Assembly: GCA_964019425.1 (NCBI GenBank)
Contig: OZ025781.1
Span: 1,426,001-1,490,000, forward strand
Reading direction: 5' to 3'
DNA from: Flectonema sp. DT1601
Lineage: Eukaryota
DNA: 64,000 nt
Shown here: positions 9,560 through 24,106 of the stretch, in pieces
Position numbering within the stretch: position 1 is the first letter of the stretch
How the letters are laid out: each line of letters opens with the position of its first letter
Translations under genes and position numbers: made by a program
The notes under the pieces: generated by a model
Database searches by the model: none
What the model was told of the DNA's origin: nothing
What the model saw: only the letters and a program-made list of their open reading frames with translations

Positions 9560-12070
9560 CCTCTTTTCTGAACTATTTACTACGTTGCTAAACTTCATAT
9601 TATCGTAGACGATGACGACAGCTGCAGAGTCTGTTTAGTTTTTAGTAATTAGTTCTTACTAGTGGCAACGTGTTGTCTTGCTGCTTCACAAACATATTAT
9701 CTTAGGCACGACAACAATAATCATGTTTTATTACATTCATATATTTCTTTTTTTTTTTTCTTTTTTGAAATTTTTAATTTAATTATTTCTATCGATGAAG
9801 TGTGCATGATTGATTGCCTATTTCGCTTTTTGTAATGCAGACATAGTAAGTAAAGGAAGATCCCACAATTGTGCCTTACCCACCACAGACATGGTTGCTG
9901 ATGGTAAGCCTTAGCGCTTTCTAAGGCAACTGTAACTGCTGTTCTACAGTGGGTGCAGATTATTGTGTGGAAAACACACTTTTACTATTGTGTGACATCT
10001 AAAGCAGATAGACGGAGGTGCCAACGTAGATCTTGTTTATTAAAAACCTTTGGTGCCTCCTGTTCTTCCCCTGTCCTGATTCAGAAATGGCCGTCCAACC
10101 AGATTTTATGGGAGGCTGTCCCGCCCCTTTATATGTGTATGTTTAATATGGGGATGTTACGGAGCTCATCTGCATCTTTTGAATGCATCGGAATAGTAAC
10201 TTTCTATAAATAAAAAAAACATAGCATCATAAGAATTCTTACTGTGATGTGTATTGCTTTGTCTTAAATACTCCGCTTTGGACATCTTACCCCTTTATCG
10301 AATAACTTCTCACTTTTTTGTGTTGTCTCTCGAAGGGGGTTGACGCATGTCTGGTGTATCTCTTACTCACAGAGAAAAAAAAGAAAAAAAAAAACAATAT
10401 TAAAAAAAAAAAAAAAAAAAAAGTTATAAAACTACAACACTATATCAATAATGCAAAAACCAAAAATAATAAAAAAAAAGTCTGGTTATGCATTCCACTT
10501 TACTGTGGCCTCTCTAATGAGTTGGTCTATCAATTTTCATGCTTATTATTAGCTACTGTCAACCCATAGAAATTGAGAAAAAAAAAAAAGCTCACTTTTC
10601 TTTCTATCAGGGTAGCTCGAAAAAAAGTGTGGTGGCACTATTGGGGGAAATTTTCGGAAAAAAAAAAAAAAAAAAACTCCCTTACCTCAAAGCAACTCAA
10701 ACATTCATCATCGTGCTTATAATCGTCTGATGCTATCTTGTTTAAAGTGTGTATCCCAAAACTACGAAAAAAGCAAGAGAGGAAAAAAAAAAAAATGACT
10801 GGATGATTCTTTTTCTCGTACCTTTTTACTAATGTCAGTTTTTCTTCTTTTTTTTTTTTTTTTTCGCTTGCAGCTTTAAGCAGCATTTTAGCTGTTTTTT
10901 TTTATTGTTATTCTCATCAAGAAGAAAAAAAAAAAAAGTTTATTTTCCTTACCAAAATTTTATCTAGGTAAGTCGCTGATAATTGATTGTGGCCTAATAT
11001 ATGTGTCGTGTACTATGTGTATTGGGTGTTACGATTTAATTAATGGTCGCTTTATTTTTATCCCATCGCACCCTATCTATTTATAACAACCATTTTCTTT
11101 TCCCCTTCCTTTTTATTTTTCTTCCTACAATAACAAACAAGGAAGAACGGAAGAGAGCGAGAGAGAGAGAAATAAAAGAATAAGAAGAAGATGTAGGGAG
11201 AGGTTTTTGAGAAATGCGCTGATACTGCTTTGAGGTTGCTTATGGTTGCTAAAAAAGCATACCTTATTGCAGCTGAACCTCTTCTGTTGACCCTTCTTTT
11301 TTTTTTTCCCCTCCTGTTTTTGCTTTCTACTTCTTCTCTCTTTTCCTTTGAAAAGAAAATCTGTTGACACGAGATGTCATCTTTCTGCCTGAAGTAACTG
11401 TAACACGTACGTTATGGTCTCAGCTCTGTGTACATGGTGGGTTAATTTGAGCAAGTTACTGCTTTGTATTGTGCAGGTTATTACTTCCTGTCACCTTCAC
11501 TTGCGCACAAAGGGATTCTTCCTATTCAGTTTCTTTTCAAGCACATAAAATTATCGGGAGTTGACTACAGTTCTCCTTCTTCTAATGAAGCTTTTGGTTT
11601 TTTTTCCTTTTTTTTCCCTTTTTTGTCACATTATTTATTTTTTTTCCGTCGTTTTTTTTCCAAGTATTCAAAATTTAAAAAAAAAAAACTGTAGTTTGTC
11701 ATTTTTTTAAAACTATTTTAGTTGTGAAGTATGGATGTTTTTTTATTTATTTATTTATATTTATTTTTTTTTTAATTTCAACCCGGAGATATTGAACTCC
11801 GAAGAAATTCATTCTTCTTGTTGTATCATAGCACCATACACACACACACATTCATTTTTTAAAGCAACATCGACCACCGTCACGGCTGAAGCAACTTGTT
11901 ATAATTTCTTCAAACTAATATGTTAAACATTAAAGTACGAGATAATTTTCTAACAATTAATTGCGACGTGGAAATCCCTCGGCACCGAGAATGTGTTGAC
12001 GGGGTGACTGCACGTGACACTACGTCGATCGCTCTTTTGTTCTACATTGCGTGTGGGTGAGGTTTTTTTT

Positions 12071-12101
<31 letters not shown>

Positions 12102-12278
12102 TTTTTTCCCCCTTTTCCCCGGTTGTGAGTTGGTATTCTGAGATGTACAGAGAGAAGTAACATTTCTCCAGGAGAAACTTAAAAAATTGAACTGTGGATG
12201 AAGAGGGGTTAGGTTTTTTGGATAAAAAAACAAACGAACCAAAAAAAAAAAAAAAAATAACAACAACCGAGAAAGGGG

Positions 12279-12314
<36 letters not shown>

Positions 12315-15300
12315 CCATTGCCCGCACGCCAATAAATTCTCTTCCTGGCGCTTACCCAGTGCGTGGGTGTTTCAGGGAAAGTTTTTTTTTTTTTTTTTTG
12401 CTACGTACTGCATAGGTCTACTATCAGACGTGCTCCGTGAGATATTCATATCTACTCATTCTTTACAGATATTAACTGAAAAACCGTTATCACTATTTCC
12501 CTGTCTACTATATTTGTTACAAAGCAGCAAAGAGGTTGTCTCTCATTGCAGTCTTGATGTCGAAGTGGTGATCAACGTGTTTAATTTATTTATTTATTTT
12601 TGTAGTCCCGTAGGGCAAATTCACGACGGTTATTTTCAAGGTTATACTTGCTAGTTGCTACTGATGTGACTCATTAAAATAAGCTTATCGCAAAGGTGAC
12701 ATATGAAAAAATATCTCGTGCGTTTTTTAAAAAAAAAAAAAATTAAAAAAATTAGTATATTTCATAGTCAAATCTGTCAGCTTCCATGAGAAGTACTTGC
12801 GATTCAGGAAACAATTTATTTTTTAGTTTCTTATTTCAATCCGTTCTTCATTGTAGTGTGTTATTTGTTGCGTGGATTACTGGTCGTTAAAATTAGTGTG
12901 TTTGTGAGGTGAGACCTCGACACTCACGAGAGGGCTTCCCTCTTTTTTTCTGTTCTATTAACAGAAGGGAAAAAAAAAAAAAAAAAATTCTGAAATAGCA
13001 ATCCTGGTTGCGGAAACTTTTGAATCTGTTCTGGGAGGTTGCTCCGATGTTTTTTAAGCAAAACGAGTGTGGTCGCTCGTTCTGACTTTTTTTTTTGCAG
13101 AAAACAAGCCAATCAGAGGCTATCATTTTGCTTTTTCTAAATGCGTATTTCATACCCTTATCGGATACGCACTATAAATATTATTATTATTATTATTCTT
13201 TATTGACTTTTTATTTTTTTTTAAAAGAACCAAAAAAAAACTTTTATATCAAACGAAGTGTTGCTGAAACTTAAAAAAAGAAACATGAACCGGTTAGGCT
13301 TGGAGGCCTTCCGATAATTTTATTTTCTGTTTTTTTTCCGCTCATTTTATTCTTTTTTTTTCGTGACACAAGAAGAATTCTTTGTAATCTCTTGTGGCAC
13401 ACACACATGTTTTTCTTTTGTCAAAAAAAAAAAAAAAAAAAAAGATAATACTTGTAGAAGCGTTACACGTTAGCATCCATCGTTTTATAGGTTTGCTTTT
13501 CGTGATTTCGTTTTTTTTTTAAAAAAGATAAATATATTATATCACTGAGGTTTTAATATTTGCGATCTTTTTAACCTCGTAGGATTTCCTTCCATACTAT
13601 TGATTAGCGCATTCAGTTATTTTGTTTTTCCCCTTCATCAATGGGCTTCTCACTTCATGCGTTGTACTATTTGGACAACATTATTCGTATCATGAATATT
13701 TCATGATACAACTCAAACATCTATTTTTATAACAAACACAGATATCACCAACAAGGTAACACAGCAGCCATGCCTGTGACCTTGTTTTGTCGATTCTTAA
13801 CATGTAAACGGGACGAACCATGAAAGACTCATGTTAACAGAAAAATACTACAATAGTACTTTTTATTAATTTCTTCTTTCTTTTTTTTTTTTTTTCCCCC
13901 TCGATACGGCTACACGGCCAGCACTTAATAAGTAGCTGTTGCTTGTGGCTTAGTTAGAAAAAATTCAAAAAAAAAAAAAATCTAAAAAAAAAATTCGCCC
14001 AAAGGCGATTGAATATGAGTTACTCATGATTTGAAAACCGAGGACCCATATTTTTTTTTTCTTCATTCTTTTTTTTCCCCTTTTCCAGACTTCTAGGAAT
14101 CATTTTCCCACAAAAAGAACTACTGTACACAGAAGATAAGCAATTATTGCTATGACTATCACAGTATGTGCGAAATTATACCCATACTTCCGGGTTGTTT
14201 ACTATATGAATGTAGTTATCACCAACGTGGATTGCAAGGGTTTTTTGTGGCATGAAACACTTCTTTCAGCTTTTTTAACCCCCCGATGATAACACAGAAA
14301 AAAAAAAAAAAAAAAAAACATCAGTTGCCGCTATTGCAGGCTTCTTTATTTAGCTATTTTTTTTTTAAACATGATGACCATATTCACTGCTGAGGTGAGT
14401 ATAAAAAAATATTGGCTGCCATGCGACTACTATTTACCAGCCAAGTGCTATTTCTAGCCAACGGTAAACCCTTGTCTCGGCATAATAATAACCTAATACA
14501 ACTAATCCAACCTTTGAGGAAGATATCCCTCGTTGATTGGGTTTATTTCTGCGACCGCCTTTTTTTTCGCTATCAAATTACTTTGCCTAGATTTGTGTCT
14601 CTGGCTGACAGACACGAGTCTCTAATTTACGTTTTGGTTTTAACTCATTTTATCCACAAAAAGTTAAGCTCCGATAGCAGGAAGCTTACTTTCAGAATAT
14701 AACAACCATTACGCCGCACAATGTCCTATCTCATTTTTCGATTTTTTTTTGTTGTTTTTTTTGTTCATTCGGCGTAATTTCGCTCTTGTTTTTTTTTTTT
14801 TTTTTTTTGCATCTTAATTCGTTTTTAAAACATTAACCATAAGACTTGCTTACATTTTCCTGCCTTGGAATCAGGACGCATGTAGCAAAAAAAAAAAAAA
14901 AAAAAAAAAATTTACCTTATCACGGGGAAGCTTGATACCTTTTTTAGTAAGCCCCCTTCTTATTTTTGGAAATTGCTGGTTAATACGAGTGAAAATACCA
15001 TATTTTTGTCTCGTAATAATTTTTTTTGTGTATTGGATACTCGAAATCTTGAGAGCAATTTTCCCTTCCCTGGATCTCATCCATCCTCGGTCAAATTAAA
15101 CAATCAATCAATCAAAAAAAAAAAAAAAAAAAAACTTTACCTAAAGAAAAAGAAGAATAAAATACGTTCGTATATCGTATTCTCTCTTCTTATTTCTTTT
15201 TTTGGTAATTTTTTTATTTATCTTTCCTAGTTCATCTTACGGCTTTCCTACGAGAGAAATGGTTAATTGGTATTTCATTGTAAAGTGGTGATAGTTGCTA

Positions 15301-17885
15301 CAAAGCTACAGTCAAGACCTACGATCTTTTTTTTTTTCTTTTTTTTTTTTCTTTTCTCCTCCATTCCCCTTTTTCTCCTTTTTTTATCTTTTACTTCCAA
15401 TTCCCTTTTATTGGCAATAGAGAAAAACAAAGTTTTACCAGTTCCGCCAGAGGGACAAATATAAAAAAAAAAAAATAAAAAAAAAGAGAATTAAAAAGAA
15501 AATTAAAAAGAAACAACGGTATAAAGGGAAAAAACTTTTGTATTTTCCTCTCTCGATTTCATCAAGAAAAAACCATCATGGTGTTCTTTCTAACACGAAG
15601 CTGGGAAAACACTTTTGATAGCATGCTTCAGTAGTTGGCTAACATGGGGAAAAAAAAACTTATTAGCCGACGCTGAAAAATGGATAAAGCAAAGAACATT
15701 TAATGCAAAGCAGCCGTTATGGCAGTTGCATTGTATTCCAACAACCAAAACCAAACAAACAAATTTCTTTTTCCTCTTCTTATTCTTTTATTAAGAATAA
15801 AGGAAATAATGTTGTACCGGCGTACTGTTTGATGTTGTAATCCTGTATGTGCAAAGTGTGCAGCGACCTTTTTTCTTATACGTTCTTAAAATCTTTTTGA
15901 TTCTCTTTCCTTCTCTCACCGCTGAAATTTATAAGGTGATTATTGCTGAGTTACAGTTGCATTGAACTTTTAATGCATGTGCGATCAATTTCCGTTTCAA
16001 CAAGCACCCAGCGAAGCAACCAAAATATAAAAAAATAGCAAAGGGGAGGCTCATAGACAAGCAACACGATTTACATTTTTGCGGCAATGATATGCACGCC
16101 AAGCTAAGGCTTCTGTTGTGATTTAATTTTGAATCTTAGCGGCAGTGTAGTGTGGACTAATTACCCTCCGGGTTTGCTTGTTCTACCGTCAGCGGCTGAC
16201 AGCTTTCTTGTTGAATGGTGTTTTCTTCACCTGTGAGCCTTTTCTATTTCTTTCTGTAGTTGCTCTGGTTGTTGTAATTTGTTCATTCTTTTCTTTATTT
16301 TAAAAAAAAAAAGAAATAAAAATAAAATTAAAAGCAACAACTCAATCAATAGTACCAATTTGCAGAATTCTATTCCCATGTTTTTCTTTTTTTCTTTTTT
16401 TTTTTTTTTTTTAAAGTTTCTTTTTAACTGTTCGCACGCATTGAACGATCTTATGCCTTACGACAGTCTTACCCCCTTCGCTTCTTAACTTCTTTTTTAA
16501 CCCGTCATTACAACGTCTCTTCAGTAGACGATATGCTGCTATTTCACAATGAAATAGAAAATAGTAAATATAGACATGACGCACAGCTGAAACTCTAATA
16601 AGCGAAGAGATATCTCTCAAAAGCATAACCCACTTACTTTATGCCCCCGGTACTAGTCAATCAAATAATTGGGAATGTTCTGTCGCAGATTTCTTTTTTT
16701 TTTTTTTTCCCCGACTGATTTGTATTACGGATTAGGATTTGTTAAGCTGAGAAAATATCGGTTATGTTTCTCATTCAGTTGTAGAGCGTTAATGGTCTGC
16801 TATCCATCCTCTGCATCTGAAGATTAATTATTCTTCTATCATTGAAAAAAAAAAAAAAAAAAAATCAACCAACAAAAATCAAAGAAAAGCAAAATAAAAA
16901 TCGTAGAATCAGATGCAGTTCTGCTGTGTTATTTTTTTACATCTTTCGTTTTCTGGCCTTGTCACAGTTGCTGGCCATCACGAATCAGGGATGGAAAAAA
17001 AAAAAAAAAAAAATAGCGTAGGTGAATTGCAATCGTTCGATTATATACTGGCTTTCTTTTTAATTGCGTAACTTTACTTGTTTAGGTTTTTTTTATAGTA
17101 GTTTTTCTGTAGCCGTTTCTTGTTATTGTCTGCTACAGGTGGTGCATGCAGTTCTCGATCTCTCGCTGTCACTGCTGCGCCTCCCTGTATAATCTGTGCA
17201 AGTGACAAGCAACTAATGGATACCTCTACTCTGGGATGCTGGTTTCTTACAGCTGGATTGCCAAGCAAGAAAAAAAAAAAAAATTCAAAAAACCAGAGCA
17301 GCGTAATTACAAAACAACAAACCACACCTTACGATTATTGTCATCGGTTGCGGAATTCAGCTATCCCGCTTGTGAGGTAGTGAAATATTAAGAACGAAAA
17401 AAAATTAAAAAAATTCAGGACACCGAAATCTGTTGGTGTTCAGCTTCCTTACATTACTAGCGATTTATTTGTTTTGTTTATTTGGTTCCTCATTTCCATT
17501 CTCGTTTCCCCTTTCTTATTTATTTCCTCTGACCTACGATAATTATCCGTTCGTGCTGGGGAGAGTTTTAAACCCATTATGTAACAACATGATTTTATAA
17601 TGTATTAGCCCACTCATTCCTACAGAGTATGAGTGCCTGTTGATACAGGGTGTTTTATGTCATCATCGACAACAGGATGTGTTATGGCAATGTATCAGCA
17701 CTCTTTCTTACTAACGTGCTTGCTTGTCCAGTTGGTAACGTATTCTATTATTAAGTATGTGTTCCTTTCACATGGTGTTTGAAGTTGATTCCTTACACGT
17801 GTTGGGGTGAGTTTTCCCTTTTCACTCTGATGACGTGGAATGTTGTTCGTTCGTAACAGCTTTATTTTTCTACGGGGGAGGGGGG

Positions 17886-17947
<62 letters not shown>
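17886..17947 (+). repeat. Poly(A) tract of ~62 nt preceded by a G run
   Basis: Directly visible; the longest homopolymer in the window. Confidence 0.95.
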
Positions 17948-17949
<2 letters not shown>

Positions 17950-20493
17950 AATAAAAAATTCCTGGCTGCCCGCGACCGAACGACTTACATTAGTGGAAAT
18001 AACAAATCAAAGCAAACAATTCCTACAAATTTCACCCCAACACCCCCTTTCATTAGCGTACATTCGTGTAGGTTAGCACTACAACCTGTTACGTGATCAT
18101 GCTTGATGAACTTGAGCGAATTTATTGTGCTATTTTTGTGCAAGCGTTTTCGCTCTCTTTTGTTGTTCTTCTGGCGAGGAACATTTGCCACACTTGGTGG
18201 TGATTTGTTCTTTTTCGTCTGTTTCTTTACTTTGACTTCATGATTTTCTTTTTGTTATTGTTGTAATCATTATGTAGTTTTCTCTTATAGCTTGCTCAAT
18301 ACACCTCCGTGATCATTATTGGTGCGAAGAGCATGCCCCATTCAACAAACGAGACGTAGTTGTTAACAATCTTCTGCATTCTCTTGCACAAACTCATCAC
18401 AAGAGTTGGTGATGTGCTCTTGTATTTCTATAAACAAACCCATACAAAAAAAATAATAATAAAAGCGTCATAACGACATGATTTCCTGAAGAGCTTCACG
18501 ACTTATAGAGGCTCTGTAAGGTGGTCAATTATCGACTTGTGTACTTAGTTATAAGAGAAGTACAAAGTAAATCCTTCCCTCCACCCTTAGTTTTAATCTG
18601 TTTCTTAATAGTTAGTTATGTGCTACCATGGAGTATGAGCTTATAGTAAGTTTTTATAGAACATTACGTTACTGTTTTTTAAGAAAAAAAAAAAAAAAAA
18701 AAAATCATGAGTATAATTCTTACGTATATCCAGCATGTTAGTAACAGGTCTCTTTTTCTTGTTATTTATATTTATCTTCTGAATAAGCATCATGTTGGTT
18801 TTTGAATGCAACACTTCTTCATTTTTGCAAAAAAAAACCAGAAATTCTGTTTTATAACATAAGTCGGCATAAGCCGCTTGTTATTTACTTTGTAAACTTG
18901 AGCCTATTGTGACAGTTTACCTAATTTTTTTTTTTTTTTTTTTTGGTTCTTTTCTTTTTTTTTTTTTAAAAAAAGAATTTACGTATGTGTTTTCTCATTT
19001 TGATTTCTTGCAAGAAAGAAAAAAAAAAAAAAATGGAGATGAAGAAAATGAAGTTAGGAAGTATTTTTTTATCACTCTTTTTTCTTCTATCGGCAATCGT
19101 TATTAGTGCTGTTTTTTCACCCTCTCTAGCCGCAAATTAATGTTTAGTTGTTCTCACAAGCATTAGTGTGCCATGCGTTTGCTAGCCACGAATGAGGGTC
19201 TTCGCTGCGCAGTGCTTCTCGTTGGGAAGAATTATAGTGTGGTGTGATTTTCTTTTTATCATTTTTTTTTTTTTTTTTTTTATTATTGTTTTTTTTGTTA
19301 TTTTTGTTCTTCTTTCGCATCTCAACAATGCACGTTGTCAGAGACAGGGAGGAGAATTTATTAGCGACCAGTCTTAACTCGCTTTTTGTTTGATTTCGTC
19401 AGGCCGACTTATTTGCAAAGAACAATGAAAATCATGTTTTCATCCATTTTTTATATTTTTCAATTTTTTTTTTCAATTTTTTTTTTTTAAAAAGGTAATT
19501 TTAGACTGTTTTCAAATAAAAGTTCTTTTTCCTATTCCACTTTTAGTGTCGGACTGGCAGTCTGTATTTCAGTCTGTTGTGTTCGTCGATGGGTCATACA
19601 CCCCAAGATGTGAATCCTTGTGTGAAGGCTTTTATTACGAACAGATCTTCTGTTTCTTCTCATTATGTAGATCGCTCATTTACGGTTGATTAGCGAAGAG
19701 GGACCTATTGGTTTTAACAATTATCAATCTCTTAATTTTGACGTAATTCATCATTGCTTCTTACCCTCGTACTATTGTCAGGTGATTTTGCAGTCTAACG
19801 AGAGTTTTGTTCTCAAGTGCAGTTGTTGTACATTGTTTGCGGCTAGCTTTGTTAGCCTCCTTTCTACTCCTGTTTCTTGTTTATTTTTTTTATTCTTCAA
19901 TTTGTGGATTTTTTCCAACTTAATTGGGTTGAACTGTAGTTGTAAGCACGACACATGTCTTCCCCTTGCTGAAGCGATTCGGCCTCTTTGCGACGGGTGT
20001 TTGTTTGCTCGCGCATTTTTATTGTTGGGAAAGATTACTGATATTTTCCAGAAAAAACTTGTTTAAAGGGAAACCGTGAAAATCAGCTGTACGTACACGA
20101 AGAAACGAACCCGTGCATTCTTCATCACACTCCCAATATATTCAGAACAATGTTCTTTTTTTCTCTCTGTAGTTATGCTTTGGCTTACTCACAGGAACAT
20201 ACCTCGGCTTTGTAGCCAGAGTATTTAAGGGAAAAAAAAAAAAAAAAAAAAAAACATAAGTTGGAAAATTAATGGCTATCCATTAGCATCCTTTTTTATC
20301 GTATCAAAAAAAAAAAAAAAAAAAAAAAAAAATGTTCCCTAGAGGAACTGCGTGCATAGTCCTTTTTCCACTAATTTATTAATTTTTTTTCTTTTTTTTT
20401 TTCTTCTCTCTCTCAATTCTTTTTTGATACTTTTTTGTGTAGCTATTGAGTCAGTTGATCACTAAAATCAGATCAGATAACACATATTACTAA

Positions 20494-20585
20494 GGTGACA
20501 ACTCATCTCTACTCGCATATGAGAGTCTCACGGTTGTGGTACCGAAATGACTGGTACCCCTTCAATAAAATAAATAAATAAAAAT
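20494..20585 (+). mobile_element. SINE-like repeat family, copy A (5'-truncated, internal deletion, (TAAA)n tail)
   Basis: ATCTCTACTCGCATATGAGAGTCTCACGGTTGTGGTACCGAAATGACTGGTACCCC-TTCAATAAAATAAATAAA aligns with copy E. Confidence 0.7.
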
Positions 20586-23500
20586 AACTGTCGAATAAAT
20601 TTTGTACTTAAATCGGGAAATTGTGTCAACGTTCTGTAGTGTGGTACCAGCGAACGATAAACAGTTAATATCCCAGTGCGGTGTGTTGTGCTTTTATTCG
20701 GCTCAGCAGATACTTTTGTATCCTCAATTTTTTTCCTTCTTTTTTTTTTTTTCCTCTCAATCTTTTATTTTCACAGAGTAGGTTCGAAAATTTTGCAATG
20801 CGATGCAATAGTTGAAAACATAAAAAAAAAGAACGAAGTGAACGTCGGAAACCCGCGCGTAGTTTATCCAAATGAGTTAGTTTTTTTCTTTTTTTTTCCC
20901 CTTTTTTTTTTCGTCATCTCGACGGTTAGTTTTCTGTAGGGTTCTTTGCCTTCTCCTCACCTCCTCTTCGTTTATTTGTTTCTCCTTTCGACGGTTTAAC
21001 TGTCACCCTGGTATGTACTTGTCAGGTGTTTTCATTGAGTATTCTTTTTAAATCGGTTTCATTTCCGCTCCCCATGGTAAGTAGTTATAATGAGTTCGTT
21101 ATGATTGTAGGCGTTCCTAGGTCGTACTTTTTCGGTGCCGCCAACTTTCGTTTTTTTTTTTTTCCCCCCTTCTTTTTTTGTTTTTTTTTTTGATTTTTTT
21201 AAATGTCGCATTTATTGCTTTAAAAAAAAAAAACAACAACGAGTTGACGGCATGAAAACCGGCTAAGGCTTAGTTATGCCCGCATTTGCCCTAGTGAACC
21301 CATTGACAGTAGGTCCTACACCTTTGCGCTGTTTGCACATGTTTGATGTGCTTGATGCAGATGGAGCCTTGTTCTTGTTTTCGTTCTCTTCCAGTTGTTT
21401 TCCCCTTGTCTTTCAGTACAGCTAAAATCGTTTTTATTCATTATTATTATTTTGTAAGGGGGGGAAAAAGAAAAATTTCAAAACACAATCGATCCTGCTG
21501 CAGCTTGTCCCGTTCCTCTAAATGTTTTATTTCATTTCATTTTTTTTTTTTTTTTTTTTAAAAAGGCCATCTGCTACACCTTTGTTTTGTGTTTCACTGG
21601 ACAAGACCCCTTATATTCACGCCAGACTTTGGTACGAAATGGAACCATAATCACGTTGATCGGATTGACTGTCCAGTAACAAATAATATGTTAGGAAAAA
21701 AATTATATCACAGAATGGATGATACCATGCCTGTCTTTTTGAGTAAAGAAAAAACCCTTTTTTTTTTTTTTTTTTTTTTTTTCATTCTTATTCTCCCTCA
21801 GCATTTGTTGTAATAGTGTTATTCTGAAAGGTAAAAAAACCTCTGTTTGACAAACTTGGGTTGATACTTGTAAGATGCTTTTCCAACATTTCTTATATTT
21901 AGGTGAAATCCTACTCACATGATCCTAAGCTCATTGGGTTCCTTTAGGTACATGTTAAGTTAACTGAAATTGTATTGTTAGCAGAATACTTGTTCCACTT
22001 CACTGAGGGAGGAAAACCAACAGATCTCGCAACTTTATTTTTGCTATTGTCAACAGAGTGATAGAGGACGCTAATTGGTCCCTGTCAAGTCAGTTGGTAG
22101 CTATCCTCGTGTGTCTTCGAAGACCTCGGGGGCTTCAAGTGTTGCAAAAAAAAAAAAATTACAAAAAAAAAAAGACTAGCGGCTTTTCTCCGCTTCTAAT
22201 CCAAATCCTCCTTCAGAGAAAGGATAGGTAACCCATTTTCTTTTACCAACGTTGTGTGCAAAAAATGATGATAACTGAATGGGGCTGCCATGCCTTTCAT
22301 CGTTTTCGCCGATTTATCCATCTTCCATTCCCATGTCCTCCTTTTACTTTTTTTGTCTCGTGCCCTCTCAAAGCGGAATGTTCCGTCAGTTTTGGTTGTG
22401 ATTTTTGAACTGCAATTCTATTTTTCATAAACATGCACTAGCAACAGTTAGTGCCATAATGTACGAGTTGCGGTCAGTTTGGGTTCGTTAAGCTATTGCA
22501 AAATTGTCCTGTAAGAGGTTGCAGACACTAACATGCACTCATTGCTGTAAGTGTTGCTTTGCAGAACCCGTAAAGTGATGGCGGAGATTTCGATATGGAA
22601 AACAGTAATGACATTGGTCAAAATCATACCAATCTCTTTTGGTCGAGAAAAAATGCACACAAATCCTCTTCCCTTCTTCTTCCCCGTCGAGAGTAACTAC
22701 CCCGTGCAATTGATGTGAGCGGTAATAGCATGGGGCTCTCGAAACCCAACAGTATTTTACCTTAAGAAATAGTAACACATTGTTAAGCAGAGGCGCCCTT
22801 AACAGATGTCAATTTATTCGTTACGTTATGTGCAACAGTTTTCTTCTTTTTTCTTTACATTTCAGCAAATTACTCCCTACCCTCACACTTCTAATATTTG
22901 CAAACGGCCTTTTTAAAAAACTTTCTTTTTCTTTTAATATTTCTCATTGACATATATTAGGTAGGCAGGTAATTGATTTACTGCGCTTCTTTGATATTCT
23001 TGTTGTGTTTTTTAATGCTAGCAGAAACCGAAACCAGAAGGTAGGAGCAGCTCCAACTGCAAATAACCTCCAAAATTATAAAAAATAACCTCACTAAGAC
23101 GCATTTAGGAACTGATTAGTTTTTATCTACAGATTGCGTTATTTTGCATTGCAGGGCAAGCAGAATGCAATGGATTTCCCCTAGTCTTTAACTGACATGG
23201 GAAGTGCTTATTATATTGAATAATAATAAAAAAAAAAAAAAAAAAAAAAAAGATGTAAAGTAATCGTTGGACGAGGAATAAGTTCTGCATACGCTTTCAG
23301 CCCCAAAGGCAGGCGGCTATGCATTTGGATTTTCTCTGTCTTTTTTTTTTTTTTTTTTTTTTGCTGCAGCAGGGAACAAAGAAAAAGAATTTTTTGTTTT
23401 TTTTAATATTTTTGTTTTGTTATTTAAAATGGTGTACTTCGTTTACATTTGGAGTCGTTTTTCCTCTTGGTTCTTGACATTTACCAAGACCAATCCTTAG

Positions 23501-24068
23501 TGTTCTTGTTATCGATTTAGTTCCTTCTCCTTGACAAGAAAAAAAAAAAAAAAAAAAAAGCCTTCATTGGCTAAGGTGGTTCCCTCCATTATAGTTTTTT
23601 TAATTATTTAATTGGAAGCTTTTGTCTCTTTTCATCAGTTCAGAGTTTTTTTTTTTTTTTTTGATGCTTCTTTTTTATTTGAAGCAAAAAAAAAAAAAAA
23701 AAAAAAAAAAAATTAACTGTTTGATGTACCTTCAGCAGCAACTTATATAGCTTCAAGAAGAAGGTTTTCATAATGTTATGTTGTTAATCGTTTAGTTTCA
23801 TTGTAAAAATACAAAAAAGAAAAGAGCGTGTCATTACAAAAATGCAGAATGGGGAAGAAAAAAAAAAAAAAAAAAGGGTTGCAAATATAACCCCCAAATG
23901 AATATTTATCGGGAGATTAGTTTTTACTTTCAACAAATTCAAGAAGGAAAAAAAAAAAAAAAAAATTAGGGTTTCTATTTACCATCACAGATAATACAAA
24001 ACGGAAACCTCTTTTTTTTGATAGCAAAGAAATAATAATAATAATAATAATGCAGCAAATTAGTTTAA

Positions 24069-24106
<38 letters not shown>

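Noticed and set aside
10686..10761. Possible minus-strand 76-nt exon (TTTTTCGTAG|...FGIHTLNKIASDDYKHDDECLSCFE|GTAAG)
   Set aside because: The splice signals look good, but I found no compatible neighbouring exons or recognisable protein. One such case is expected by chance.
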